A DNA stretch of 64,000 nt from an uncultured Candidatus Peribacteria bacterium (GCA_964358095.1 CAYHNW010000001.1:71108-135107); one strand, 5' to 3'; positions 26,294 through 35,258 are shown, counted from the first letter of the stretch. The notes: generated by a model from the sequence alone, not told the origin. Numbers and translations: made by a program.

Positions 26294-28975
26294 ATGCAAA
26301 AAACTTACACTTCGACTACTCGTAAAAGTTCCAGGGTGATTAGGCGACACCCACGTATTACTGACATTAAGTTTGTTTATTCATTCCAAGAGGGAAAGGC
26401 TGATATGCACCTTCTTCTTGGAGGTAAGGGCTCTGTATTGGCAGACATGACAAAGTTGGGGTTGCCGGTTCCCCCCGGATTTACTATTACAACTGAGGCT
26501 TGTCATTTTCTTCATGAGAACGGCGACTACCCAAAAAACCTCTGGGATGATTTTGAATTACAACTTGCTGCACTCGAAAAAAAACTCGGGAAGAAATTTG
26601 GATCAAAAGAAAATCCATTGCTCGTTTCGGTTCGCTCCGGCGCGGCAGTTTCTATGCCGGGAATGATGGATACTATTTTGAACTTGGGACTCAATGACGA
26701 AACGGTGGTCGGACTTATAAATAAGACAGGAAATGAGAGGTTTTGCTACGATGCCTACCGTAGGTTTGTAAATATGTTTGGGGAAGTGGTTCTTGAAGTT
26801 GAGCATGACTTGTTTGAAGAAGCTATTTCGAAGATAAAGAAAGAGAAGGGGATTACGTTGGATACCCAGCTCGACATTACAGATTTAAAACGACTAGTCG
26901 CTGCGTATAAGCAGCTGATTAAGCAACATACGGGTGCTGATTTTCCATCGAATCCGCGAGTACAAATTAAATTGGCCATAGAGGCTGTGTTTAACTCTTG
27001 GGACAACGAACGCGCAAAGGCGTATAGGCGAATAAATAAGATTACAGGGTTGCTCGGAACGGCTGTGAATATCCAAAGCATGGTATTTGGAAATATGGGG
27101 GAAACTTCCGGTACCGGAGTGGCATTCACTCGAAATCCGTCAACTGGTCAAAAAGAATTTTATGGAGAATTTTTAATAAATGCACAGGGCGAAGATGTGG
27201 TGGCAGGAATTAGAACCCCTCAAAAAATTAGCGACTTAGGAAAAATAATGCCCGGCGTATACAAACAGCTTTTGACTATTCAGAAAAAATTGGAGAGCCA
27301 TTATGCAGATATGCAGGACATTGAATTTACTATTGAAGAAGGAAAATTATTTATTCTTCAAAGTAGAAATGGGAAACGTACCGCGGCTGCGGCACTAAAA
27401 ATTGCCACCGATATGGTGAAAGAAAAGTTGATTACCCAAAACCAGGCGATATTGCAGGTGAACCCGATGCAGTTAGATCAACTGCTTCATCCGACAATTG
27501 CGGCAGGAGTAAGATCAAACGTTCTCTGCAAAGGCTTGGCGGCATCACCTGGCGCGGCCACGGGGAAAGTCGTTTTTACTCCTGAGGACGCAGTGAAGTG
27601 GACCGAAAATAAAGAAAAGGTAATTTTAGTTAGAAAAGAAACTTCACCTGAAGATATTCAAGGAATGTATGCGTCACGCGGAATTTTAACGGCCATGGGC
27701 GGGATGACTTCTCATGCTGCGGTGGTTTGTCGTGGAATGGGAAAATGTTGCGTAGCCGGATGCTCGGCTATCCATGTGGACGTGAAGAAAAAAATATTTT
27801 CTTGTGGCGATGTAATTTTAAAAGAAGGGGATTTGATTACGCTTAACGGTTCAACCGGTGAAGTGATAATTGGCGAAGTGGAATTGCAGGAACCGAAGAT
27901 GAGTCCGGATTTTGCAAAATTTATGGGTTGGGCGGACAAAATACGCAAATTAAAAGTTAGGGCAAATGCCGATACCCCACATGATGCTATGCGTGCTCGC
28001 GAGTTTGGCGGTGAGGGGATTGGCCTATGCAGAACGGAACATATGTTTTTTGAGGAAGATCGAATACCTCTTATTAGAGAGATGATTATTGCAAAAGATC
28101 GCGCGGGAAGAATAAAAGCCTTGGATAAGCTGCTGCCTTTGCAGAGAGGGGATTTTGTCGGAATCTTTAAAGCTATGGACTCCTACCCTGTGACTATCCG
28201 ACTACTCGACCCGCCACTGCATGAATTTTTGCCCACAAATAGCTCTCAAATAGAAAGCTTGGCACTAACCATGGGAATAACAGTAGACGAATTAAATAAA
28301 ATTGTAATCGGATTACATGAAATAAATCCGATGTTGGGTCACAGAGGATGCCGACTAGCCGTGACCTATCCAGAGATTTATGAAATGCAAACGCGCGCAA
28401 TTTTGGAAGCTGCAATAGATGTTACAAAAAAGGGAATTAAAGTAATACCGGAAATAGAAATACCACTCGTTGGATTGGCAACGGAATTAAAATCCATGAG
28501 ACAGTTGGTAGAAAATATTGTGAAAGAATACTGCGGAAAAATTAATTTTAAATTCAAAATCGGAACAATGATTGAATTACCGCGAGCATGTTTAACCTCA
28601 GATGAACTTGCGCCCATTGCTGATTTCTTTTCTTTTGGCACAAATGATTTAACTCAAATGACGTATGGGTTTTCTAGGGATGATGCAGGAAAATTTTTGC
28701 CGTCGTATTTGGAGCAGGGACTTATGGAAAGAGATCCGACCGAGACAATTGACCAAAAGGGAGTTGGGCAGTTGATGAAAAAGTGCGTGCAGCTTGGACG
28801 AGGGATTAAACCAAATTTGGAAATAGGTATTTGCGGTGAACATGGCGGCGAACCAAAGTCTGTTGAGTTCTGTCACTCCATAGGACTAAACTACGTGAGC
28901 TGCTCGCCTTATCGCATACCGATAGCAAGGCTTGCCGCAGCACAGGCCGTAATAAAAGAATCTAACCAAAAATAA
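26294..28975 (+). CDS. ppdK: pyruvate, phosphate dikinase
   Basis: LLGGKG..LA.M...GLPVPPGFTI, the phospho-His loop GGMTSHAAVVCRGMG, and the C-terminal PEP-utilizer motifs FFSFGTNDLTQ and GICGE. ATG at 26294 was chosen; GTG at 26336 is also possible. Confidence 0.93.
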   Translation: MQKTYTSTTRKSSRVIRRHPRITDIKFVYSFQEGKADMHLLLGGKGSVLADMTKLGLPVPPGFTITTEACHFLHENGDYPKNLWDDFELQLAALEKKLGKKFGSKENPLLVSVRSGAAVSMPGMMDTILNLGLNDETVVGLINKTGNERFCYDAYRRFVNMFGEVVLEVEHDLFEEAISKIKKEKGITLDTQLDITDLKRLVAAYKQLIKQHTGADFPSNPRVQIKLAIEAVFNSWDNERAKAYRRINKITGLLGTAVNIQSMVFGNMGETSGTGVAFTRNPSTGQKEFYGEFLINAQGEDVVAGIRTPQKISDLGKIMPGVYKQLLTIQKKLESHYADMQDIEFTIEEGKLFILQSRNGKRTAAAALKIATDMVKEKLITQNQAILQVNPMQLDQLLHPTIAAGVRSNVLCKGLAASPGAATGKVVFTPEDAVKWTENKEKVILVRKETSPEDIQGMYASRGILTAMGGMTSHAAVVCRGMGKCCVAGCSAIHVDVKKKIFSCGDVILKEGDLITLNGSTGEVIIGEVELQEPKMSPDFAKFMGWADKIRKLKVRANADTPHDAMRAREFGGEGIGLCRTEHMFFEEDRIPLIREMIIAKDRAGRIKALDKLLPLQRGDFVGIFKAMDSYPVTIRLLDPPLHEFLPTNSSQIESLALTMGITVDELNKIVIGLHEINPMLGHRGCRLAVTYPEIYEMQTRAILEAAIDVTKKGIKVIPEIEIPLVGLATELKSMRQLVENIVKEYCGKINFKFKIGTMIELPRACLTSDELAPIADFFSFGTNDLTQMTYGFSRDDAGKFLPSYLEQGLMERDPTETIDQKGVGQLMKKCVQLGRGIKPNLEIGICGEHGGEPKSVEFCHSIGLNYVSCSPYRIPIARLAAAQAVIKESNQK

Positions 28976-28977
28976 TT

Positions 28978-29427
28978 ATGACGCTCAAAGAAAAAGTTAA
29001 CGCAGATATGTTGGCAGCGATGAAAGCTAAAGAAGAAACTAAACTTGGCGCACTCCGATTACTCAAGGCTGCGATTATGAAATTTGAAGTTTCGGGGAAA
29101 GAGAAAAAAGATGCGAGCGATGAGACGGTCATGCAGATTATTAATAAGGAGGTAAAACAGAGAAAAGATTCGATTGATGCCTTTAAAAAAGGAGGCCGCG
29201 AAGATATGGCAAAAAAAGAGGAAGATGAAATGAAAATTCTTCAAGAATATCTTCCTGCTCAAATGTCCGAAGAAGAGATAAAAACTTTGGCTAGTCAGGT
29301 GATTAGTCAAACCGGCGCCTCTTCAAAAGCCGACTTTGGAAAAGTTATGGGTGTCGTAATGGCACAGGCGAAAGGAAAAGCTGATGGACAAGTTGTGAGT
29401 AAAGTGGTGGGGGGACTTTTGAAGTAA
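28978..29427 (+). CDS. yqeY: GatB/YqeY-domain protein
   Basis: LRLLKAAI...KEVKQRKDSI..F.KGGRED...E..E..IL.EYLP pattern. Confidence 0.85.
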   Translation: MTLKEKVNADMLAAMKAKEETKLGALRLLKAAIMKFEVSGKEKKDASDETVMQIINKEVKQRKDSIDAFKKGGREDMAKKEEDEMKILQEYLPAQMSEEEIKTLASQVISQTGASSKADFGKVMGVVMAQAKGKADGQVVSKVVGGLLK

Positions 29428-29553
29428 AAAGGACAACTGCGTTCAGCCACATCTGCTTGATGATGGCACCCGCCTTAGCTTGTCTCTAAAGAAAGCCATT
29501 CTCTTGCTGACTGGCAGCATTCATGGTTTTCTTTAGGATTCACTTGTTGTCTT

Positions 29554-29640
29554 TGGTGGGCAGGGAAGGATTTGAACCTTCGAAGGCCGTAGGCCGACAG
29601 ATTTACAGTCTGTTGCAGTTGACCACTTTGCTACCTGCCC
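29554..29640 (-). tRNA. tRNA-Tyr (anticodon GUA), long variable arm, CCA encoded
   Basis: Reverse strand: GGGCAGGTAGCAAAGTGGTCAACTGCAACAGACTGTAAATCTGTCGGCCTACGGCCTTCGAAGGTTCAAATCCTTCCCTGCCCACCA. Confidence 0.9.
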
Positions 29641-29657
29641 ATATTGTAAAACCCCAA

Positions 29658-29732
29658 TGGAGCCGCCTGTCGGATTTGAACCGACGACCCACAGTTTACA
29701 AAACTGTTGCTCTACCACTGAGCTAAGGCGGC
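29658..29732 (-). tRNA. tRNA-Thr (anticodon UGU), CCA encoded
   Basis: Reverse strand: GCCGCCT TA GCTC AGTGGTA GAGC A ACAGT TTTGTAA ACTGT GGGTC GTCGG TTCAAAT CCGAC AGGCGGC T CCA. Confidence 0.92.
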
Positions 29733-29769
29733 AATATATAATATAGCTGGCACATATTAACAACGATGC

Positions 29770-30660
29770 ATGACTTTGAAAAGTTTTAAAAAACAGTTTC
29801 CGGGGATAAAAGAACATGAATTGCTTAAAAATCACTGTACTTTGCGGGTTGGGGGATCAGCCGATTTCTTCTATGAATTGACAAATATAGAGGAATTGCC
29901 GACCCTGGTTAGCTTATCGGAAGAAAATCGTATCCCTTATAAAATTATTGGGCGTGGAACTAATGTCTTGTTTACAGATAAGGGTTTTCGGGGTCTTGTA
30001 ATAAAAAATCTTACTAACAGGATTGAAGTCACCGGAGAAGAAATAATTGCCGACAGCGGCGTTCTTTGGGCTCAAATAATAAAAGTGGCAATGGATAATA
30101 ATTTAACCGGCTCCGAACCCTTGCATGGAATCCCAGGAACTATTGGTGCGGCGGTATATGGCAACGCCGGGGTTCCTGGGATTGAAACAGGAATGTTAGT
30201 AAAAAGTATAACCGCCTTTAATGTTGGCGATGGTGTGCGGGAAATATCTAGAGATAATATAGCCTTTAGATATAGATGGAGTTCACTGCAAGAGCACCGA
30301 GAAATAGTAATGCGTGTGATTCTTATGCTCAAAAAGAGTGGCGTCCAAAAATCACAGGAACTAATAAACAAAACAAACGAAGCAAGGCGCAGCAAACAAC
30401 CTACCGGGTTGAGCGCAGGATCTTTCTTTAAAAATCCATCTTCCGATAAGTCCGCCGGCTACTTAATTGAACAAGTAGGACTAAAGGGATTTAAAATTGG
30501 AGACGCGCAAATTAGCGAGAAGCATGCGAACTTTTTTATGAATATGGGGAAGGCCACATGTGCGCAGATTTTAGAATTAGCCGATATAGCAAAGGGAAAA
30601 GTGCGTGACCGCTTTGGAATTGAGCTCGAAATGGAGGTAAAAATAATCGGTGAACTATAA
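29770..30660 (+). CDS. murB: UDP-N-acetylenolpyruvoylglucosamine reductase
   Basis: FAD-binding N-terminus (T.RVGG.A...) with GRGTN, and the C-terminal GSFFKNP...AGYLIE..GLKG...G.A.ISEKHANF. Confidence 0.92.
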   Translation: MTLKSFKKQFPGIKEHELLKNHCTLRVGGSADFFYELTNIEELPTLVSLSEENRIPYKIIGRGTNVLFTDKGFRGLVIKNLTNRIEVTGEEIIADSGVLWAQIIKVAMDNNLTGSEPLHGIPGTIGAAVYGNAGVPGIETGMLVKSITAFNVGDGVREISRDNIAFRYRWSSLQEHREIVMRVILMLKKSGVQKSQELINKTNEARRSKQPTGLSAGSFFKNPSSDKSAGYLIEQVGLKGFKIGDAQISEKHANFFMNMGKATCAQILELADIAKGKVRDRFGIELEMEVKIIGEL

Positions 30661-30758
30661 GCTAAACCTACAACGCGTCAATTTTCTGTATATTGAATTT
30701 AAACTTATTCGTAGTAAAATATCAGGTGAGGATTTAATTTTTTAATAACCTAACCAAT

Positions 30759-31166
30759 ATGCAACTCATAAAGACACTGCGGCAATTCACGGTAGTGACT
30801 GGGCTCACCGTCTTGGCTCTGCTCTTGGTCAATGCCTTTGGAATTGACTTGGCAATGGCTCAGGGCGCAATTGATCCGGATGCAGATCAGCCAGGAATTA
30901 TCCGCCAACTTTCCGGCGGTCAAACTGGTTTGCGCGGTATGGTTCTCACACTCGTCAACTTTGGCCTTGGCTTCCTCGGCCTTCTTGCCGTAGTCATGGT
31001 GATATATGGTGGCTTCCTATATGTGAGTTCGGCCGGTAACGAAGAAAACGTGAACAAAGCGAAAAAAATTCTTCTTTATGCCGTGGTCGGTGTTGTTTTA
31101 ATCATCGCATCATTCGCTATAGTAAACACTCTTCTCAGCGCCGGTACAGCTGCTAGAGGAGCTTAG
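30759..31166 (+). CDS. TrbC/VirB2-like (T4SS-pilin-type) small membrane protein common in CPR genomes
   Basis: Signal peptide ending AMAQG and two TM helices flanking IYGGFLYVSSAGNEENVNKAKKIL. Confidence 0.7.
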   Translation: MQLIKTLRQFTVVTGLTVLALLLVNAFGIDLAMAQGAIDPDADQPGIIRQLSGGQTGLRGMVLTLVNFGLGFLGLLAVVMVIYGGFLYVSSAGNEENVNKAKKILLYAVVGVVLIIASFAIVNTLLSAGTAARGA

Positions 31167-31183
31167 TCGTACAAAAGAACATC

Positions 31184-31214
31184 AAAAAAGCCCTGCAAAC
31201 AGCGGGGCTTTTTT
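31184..31214. terminator. bidirectional rho-independent terminator between convergent genes
   Basis: AAAAAA-GCCCTGC-aaaca-GCGGGGC-TTTTTT. Confidence 0.7.
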
Positions 31215-31221
31215 GATGTCC

Positions 31222-31737
31222 CTAACCGGCAAATGCGGACTCGCCAACGGCAACTTTTGCCTTTGACATCACGGCTTGCTCTTTCACTATAACGCTGTGT
31301 TTTTCTATTCGCACTATATGTTTAAAATCAATTATTCGTTCATTGAAGTGCAGAAATAAGAACTGTTTAGCGACATGAATATTAGCGAGAACCATGTGCG
31401 TAGTATCTATTTCAAAATCCGTTACGCGACCCAAATACTCATGATTTTTTTCCGTGATCACTTTTGCGCTTGGAATTGAGATATGACGCGACAAAACCAT
31501 TTTTACGCGCAGAACATCGTCCACCGGTAGAATGCGGTCATTATCGGCAATAAAGATAGCCGAAGTGGTTGATCTTTCTATATCCATTGGCACTATGATG
31601 TGGTTATTTTTTACAAGCAGAGCCAACAATTTGCCATTTTCCGGATCAATAATTGCATCCTTAATCAAAGCAAGCGGGGAAGATGAATACTCGCTGAAAA
31701 CCGGCATGCCGATGAATTCGGAATAAAGTTTTTGCAT
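31222..31737 (-). CDS. PRC-barrel domain protein
   Basis: Two PRC-barrel-like halves (GMPVFSE....LA.IKDAIIDPENGKLLALLV; YLGRVTDFEID). Confidence 0.6.
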   Translation of the reverse strand: MQKLYSEFIGMPVFSEYSSSPLALIKDAIIDPENGKLLALLVKNNHIIVPMDIERSTTSAIFIADNDRILPVDDVLRVKMVLSRHISIPSAKVITEKNHEYLGRVTDFEIDTTHMVLANIHVAKQFLFLHFNERIIDFKHIVRIEKHSVIVKEQAVMSKAKVAVGESAFAG

Positions 31738-31784
31738 GAGTCAATAATATAACTATTATTAAACAATATGAAGGCGTGAGTTTT

Positions 31785-31895
31785 AGGGACATGCTGGGAT
31801 TTGGTCACGCGTATTTTTTGACTTAGCAAAAAATCGCGCGGCCCCGCCTCAGAAAGCCGCCGCTTGCGGACTCGGCTCCGGCATTCAAATCCCGG
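31785..31895 (-). ncRNA. X-element copy C: structured element ending in a decayed copy of the tRNA-Pro 3' end
   Basis: Reverse strand: GGGATTTG AATGCCG G AGCCG-AGT-CCG-caag-CGG-CGGCT TTCT GAGGCGGGGCCGCGCG ATTTTTTG-CTAAGT-CAAAAAAT ACGCGTGACC AAATCCCAGCA tgtccc. Confidence 0.55.
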
Positions 31896-31939
31896 AGTTT
31901 GTTGCACATCTAAAACTAGAGTTGTTCCAACTATAGTTT

Positions 31940-32016
31940 TGGTCGGGGTGCTGGGATTCGAACCCAGGACCTCTTGCTCCCAAAGCAAGCGCGCTAGCCA
32001 GCTACGCTACACCCCG
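31940..32016 (-). tRNA. tRNA-Pro (anticodon UGG), CCA encoded
   Basis: Reverse strand: CGGGGTG TA GCGT AGCTGGCTA GCGC G CTTGC TTTGGGA GCAAG AGGTC CTGGG TTCGAAT CCCAG CACCCCG A CCA. Confidence 0.92.
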
Positions 32017-32028
32017 ATACCTATTAAA

Positions 32029-32463
32029 TTATACCATCATTTTATCCGTCAGTCTCTCCATGAGCTTTGACGCTGCCGGTTTTTGGTGGTCGTAACCAAA
32101 TAAATGCAGTAGGCCATGTATGAATAAAAACATCAATTCTGCCTGCAAAGAGTGACCCATTTCTTTTGCCTGCCACTTTGCAAATTCCAGGCATATGAAT
32201 ATTTCCCCGGCAAAATTGTCGCCCGTTTTTTTATCAAAAAAAGAAATGGAAATTACGTCCGTGGGTTTATTTTTGCCGCGATATTTTTTATTCAACTCCG
32301 TAATTTCTTTTTTAGAAACGAGTGTTAATTCAATTGAATGTGTTTCGCTTTTTTTTATAACTTTTTCTTTGGCTAAAACGGTTTCTGTGCGTGGTATAAG
32401 CTTTAAAAAGAAATTTTTATTTAGCTTACTCTTTGTGTGATTGTAAATATCAAGATTCAACAT
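32029..32463 (-). CDS. ybeY: rRNA maturation endoribonuclease YbeY
   Basis: HGLLHLFGYDH zinc motif. Confidence 0.9.
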   Translation of the reverse strand: MLNLDIYNHTKSKLNKNFFLKLIPRTETVLAKEKVIKKSETHSIELTLVSKKEITELNKKYRGKNKPTDVISISFFDKKTGDNFAGEIFICLEFAKWQAKEMGHSLQAELMFLFIHGLLHLFGYDHQKPAASKLMERLTDKMMV

Positions 32464-32650
32464 ATTCGGACTGTTGCCACTATGCGCACGCCTGTGGACG
32501 GAACGACATCAGTGACCTCAAGTGCAGGTTTGTCTATACTTTTTTGTACGGACTTCGTTGACCGCCGGCTTCTTATTTTTTATTTCTTCGTTTGAAATTT
32601 TCTCTATGTGCATTTGACTTTTCATTCAAAGGTTTTAATAATAGGAAGAG

Positions 32651-33202
32651 ATGATTGACCTAGACAGGAAATCAGCCGGTAAAATACTCGGTGTCTCTGT
32701 GAGGACTATAGACAGATATATTAGAAGTGGCAAGCTCTTTGCGTATGAGCGGAGCGGCAGAATCTGGCTGAAGAAAGACGAAATTGCACGTTTTTCTCGC
32801 GAGAAAATGCCCGTGGTTTTACGACCAGTAGACAAGGAACGACGCAGTCCATCCGTGTCTACATTTGCCGCCAAATCTCAGGAAACGGATTTTTACAAAG
32901 ATCTGTACGAAGAGGCAAAGCGCGTGCTCACCGACTACCAGCAGAAGTTGGAACAGTCAAACTACAGAATCGGGCAGCTTGAATCTCAAACAACTCATCC
33001 AATTTCAATTCCAAAAACCACCGAGCGGTATGAAGATTCTGCGGCTCAAGAAATAATAAAGAGGGAACTTCATGACCGCGAACGTGAGCTTGCTCAATCA
33101 AAAGAACTTTTTAAACAAGAACGCGCAGGAAAAATAGCGTTCTCTATTTTGACGTATATATTGCTCGCGGCTATACCGTTGATTTGGTATTTACTGCGTT
33201 AA
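32651..33202 (+). CDS. HTH_17-like DNA-binding protein with coiled coil and C-terminal TM anchor
   Basis: SAGKILGVSVRTIDRYIRSGKL, and the C-terminal segment IAFSILTYILLAAIPLIWYLL. Confidence 0.6.
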   Translation: MIDLDRKSAGKILGVSVRTIDRYIRSGKLFAYERSGRIWLKKDEIARFSREKMPVVLRPVDKERRSPSVSTFAAKSQETDFYKDLYEEAKRVLTDYQQKLEQSNYRIGQLESQTTHPISIPKTTERYEDSAAQEIIKRELHDRERELAQSKELFKQERAGKIAFSILTYILLAAIPLIWYLLR

Positions 33203-33823
33203 TGCCGGAATCGTAATTGTATCTTTTCCTGTGACGATTATTTTTGCTTTGCCATACGAACTTCCGATGCGATCCAGTATGCCGCCGCTTTGGGAAATGG
33301 CCTGTTTTAGTTCTACCTTTGGCCCAATGACGGTTATCTTGAATGGCGGGCGTAAGAATTGACTGCGCATCAAAAGACCCGCGGAAGCCGGATCGTTGCC
33401 AATATCTCGCAAACCTGCCGTGTTTTCTGTGAACCGAATATCGTTTATGGCCACAGCTTCTGCTCCTGCGCTTACCAATTGCGCGATTAAATCTGACAAC
33501 CAAAACGCCTTAAGCCATTGCGGGAACACAATCTCAATTCCTTCTCCGGAGACCTCTTCTGTGCCCGAGAGTGCGCGTAAATTTTTGATTTCATCTTCTA
33601 TTGTCTGGCTGGAAATTTTTGATTTTATATCTTCCAAACTTTTCTCTTTTTCAGCTATATGATCCCTTAATTGCTGGTTGGCGACTTGCAATACGCGTAA
33701 TTCCTTAATTAAATTTGCCGGACCTGAACGCGCAACTAAAATTTCAACTTGTTTAAACGACCTCATTTGGATGGATAAAAATATCCCGACTATTAAAGCT
33801 GTAATGATAAGTGCTTTTTTCAT
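33191..33823 (-). CDS. DUF881-family (YlxW-like) membrane-anchored protein
   Basis: N-terminal TM helix, a coiled-coil region, and the C-terminal (GEGI.I..)...I..LV..L...GAEA..IN..R pattern. Confidence 0.7.
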   Translation of the reverse strand: MKKALIITALIVGIFLSIQMRSFKQVEILVARSGPANLIKELRVLQVANQQLRDHIAEKEKSLEDIKSKISSQTIEDEIKNLRALSGTEEVSGEGIEIVFPQWLKAFWLSDLIAQLVSAGAEAVAINDIRFTENTAGLRDIGNDPASAGLLMRSQFLRPPFKITVIGPKVELKQAISQSGGILDRIGSSYGKAKIIVTGKDTITIPALTQ

Positions 33824-34512
33824 TTACTAATGATAGATAAATATTTTACCGATCGCGGGGTTTGGATAGACTCAATTTCCATTTTTTCAAGGCGCTCCAA
33901 ATAAACATGTATTTTTTTGCTCTGTAAACTAATGGCAACTTCCTTGAGAGCATCTGAATTTCCAACTGCTTCTACCATAAACGGCGATGATATTTGAAAA
34001 TTGCCCACTAGAATGCTGTCAAAAACCGGTTGTATTGGCATGAGTGGCGATACTCTTTTTCCGTTTATGGAAATTGCCTTGGCATCTTTTAAATACAAAG
34101 CATTAACGAGGTCGCGCAAATCAGTGGCCTGAACGAAATTTTCATTAATGGCGCTAAAATCCAGCCTGGAAACCGAAGGATTGTCACTTAAAGTTATTCG
34201 AATACCAGAACCTGTAGCAGCATTCAATTGTGTAAGTTTTTTTAGAGAATCAAGTTGGCGCAAGGTTTGCCTGGAGGATCTTCTCTCAACTATAGCCCTG
34301 GCTTCAGTTAATTTATTCTCAACAGATTCTAATTCCTTTTTTAAATCTGTTTGTTCCAGAGAAAAAGTAGACAAAAGAGATTTTTGCACTTCAAGTTGAT
34401 CTAGGGGAAACGACCTATTGCCAATAGGTTGGGATCTTATTTGCAAAGACAAAATAATACCGACAGCGAGGCCTATTAGGATAAAAACTGTATCTATTAG
34501 GCGCAATTTCAT
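33820..34512 (-). CDS. DUF881-family protein (paralog, 4-nt overlap with the downstream gene)
   Basis: Same architecture: GSGIRITL...DLRDLVNALYLKDAKAISINGKR. Confidence 0.7.
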   Translation of the reverse strand: MKLRLIDTVFILIGLAVGIILSLQIRSQPIGNRSFPLDQLEVQKSLLSTFSLEQTDLKKELESVENKLTEARAIVERRSSRQTLRQLDSLKKLTQLNAATGSGIRITLSDNPSVSRLDFSAINENFVQATDLRDLVNALYLKDAKAISINGKRVSPLMPIQPVFDSILVGNFQISSPFMVEAVGNSDALKEVAISLQSKKIHVYLERLEKMEIESIQTPRSVKYLSIISK

Positions 34513-34611
34513 AAATCAGGCTACTAAACTAATTTCTGTATATAAATACTGTTTGCATACATTCGCCCGCTTTGGTAAATTGGCATGATTTGTTCTTTGA
34601 AAATTTGGAAG

Positions 34612-34707
34612 GCAGGAAAAGATGCGAGGTAAACAGCCTTCACTATAGCAAATTCCGAATCTTGCTGGGAAGAAATATTTGCTCACAAATCTCGCACCTT
34701 TTTCTGC
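34612..34707. other. 96-nt long-stem hairpin (17-bp closing stem, one mismatch) in an ORF-free region
   Basis: GCAGGAAAAGATGCGAG ... CTCGCACCTTTTTCTGC, enclosing an AGCAA-N10-TTGCT inner hairpin. Strand undetermined. Confidence 0.35.
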
Positions 34708-35048
34708 TTTACAGTGGCAAGGGATTACAAAAGACCGCCCTCGCCTCTCAAAACAAAAACAAAGCTTGGTGTCCTTTATTCTTCTCATTGACGGCCTAGC
34801 CGCTCAAAAATAAAAACACAATAAACAGGCCGCCGTTATGGTTCGGCGGAAATAAAACCCAAGTAAGGCAGATTCGCTCGTCGAACCAGAAAGGATTGGT
34901 CTCCTTTCTCTCCATTAATTTCTGGGAAAAATCACCCTCTGGTGTCTTTCAATTTTTTATACTTTGAACATCTGATAGGGTTACCCGGGAAAGCGTGGAT
35001 GCTCTGGGCCTCAATTAATCTTTGGGGCCCATAAAAAAGTCCCTCGTT

Positions 35049-35081
35049 AACCGGACATACGTGCGGTTGGGGGATTTTTTT
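35049..35081 (+). terminator. terminator-like hairpin plus T7 run inside the murI upstream region
   Basis: AACCG-gacatacgtg-CGGTT GGGGGA TTTTTTT. It implies that a plus-strand transcript ends here. Confidence 0.4.
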
Positions 35082-35089
35082 ATGTGGCT

Positions 35090-35196
35090 GCGGCTGGGGT
35101 GTGTCTGCTTCGGTCACTGGAAGTCGGCCTGCCTCATACATGATTCGGCAGGCACTCCTTCTGGAAACGTTTCCTGCGCAGACACACCCCAGCCGC
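35090..35196. repeat. 107-bp element bounded by perfect 19-bp inverted repeats (structured RNA or MITE-like)
   Basis: GCGGCTGGGGTGTGTCTGC (35090-35108) and GCAGACACACCCCAGCCGC (35178-35196). The interior has GCCTGCC-N13-GGCAGGC and GGAAACGTTTCC hairpins. G+C-rich compared with its surroundings. Confidence 0.5.
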
Positions 35197-35258
35197 GCCC
35201 CAATCTAGGCTTACTAAAAGGCCTGTATTTCAGGTTAATTCACGTGTATAACGTTGGC

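Noticed and set aside
29428-29553. Possible fourth X-element downstream of tRNA-Tyr (contains CCGCCTTAGC)
   Set aside because: Only the short CTTAG-containing string matches. There is no P1 helix, no hairpins, no invariant blocks and no copy of the tRNA 3' end.
29523-29835. ORFs overlapping tRNA-Tyr and tRNA-Thr
   Set aside because: The sequence folds into two canonical tRNAs on the reverse strand, so these ORFs are artefacts.
31665-32070. ORFs 31665-31988 (-) and 31864-32070 (+)
   Set aside because: They cover tRNA-Pro and X-element copy C and are not coding.
34516-34930. tmRNA or RNase P RNA in the ORF-free region
   Set aside because: On either strand I found no tRNA-like T-arm/ACCA end or tag ORF, and no GAGGAAAGUCC / ACAGAA..GGCUUA conserved regions.
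34940-35010. TPP-riboswitch-like fragments (CTGGGA..ACCC..TTTGAAC.TCTGAT)
   Set aside because: The invariant UGAGA is replaced by UGGGA. An insertion of about 25 nt breaks the ACCC-to-GAACCUGAUC junction. murI is not a thiamine gene.
35090-35196. SRP (4.5S) RNA hypothesis for the long hairpin
   Set aside because: Neither strand has the helix-8 signature (GGAA tetraloop flanked by the conserved AGCA/GGUCA-type loops).
35022-35258. 79-codon N-terminal extension of murI
   Set aside because: It reads through the 19-bp inverted-repeat element. MurI homology starts exactly at MIGIFDSGYGG (35259).
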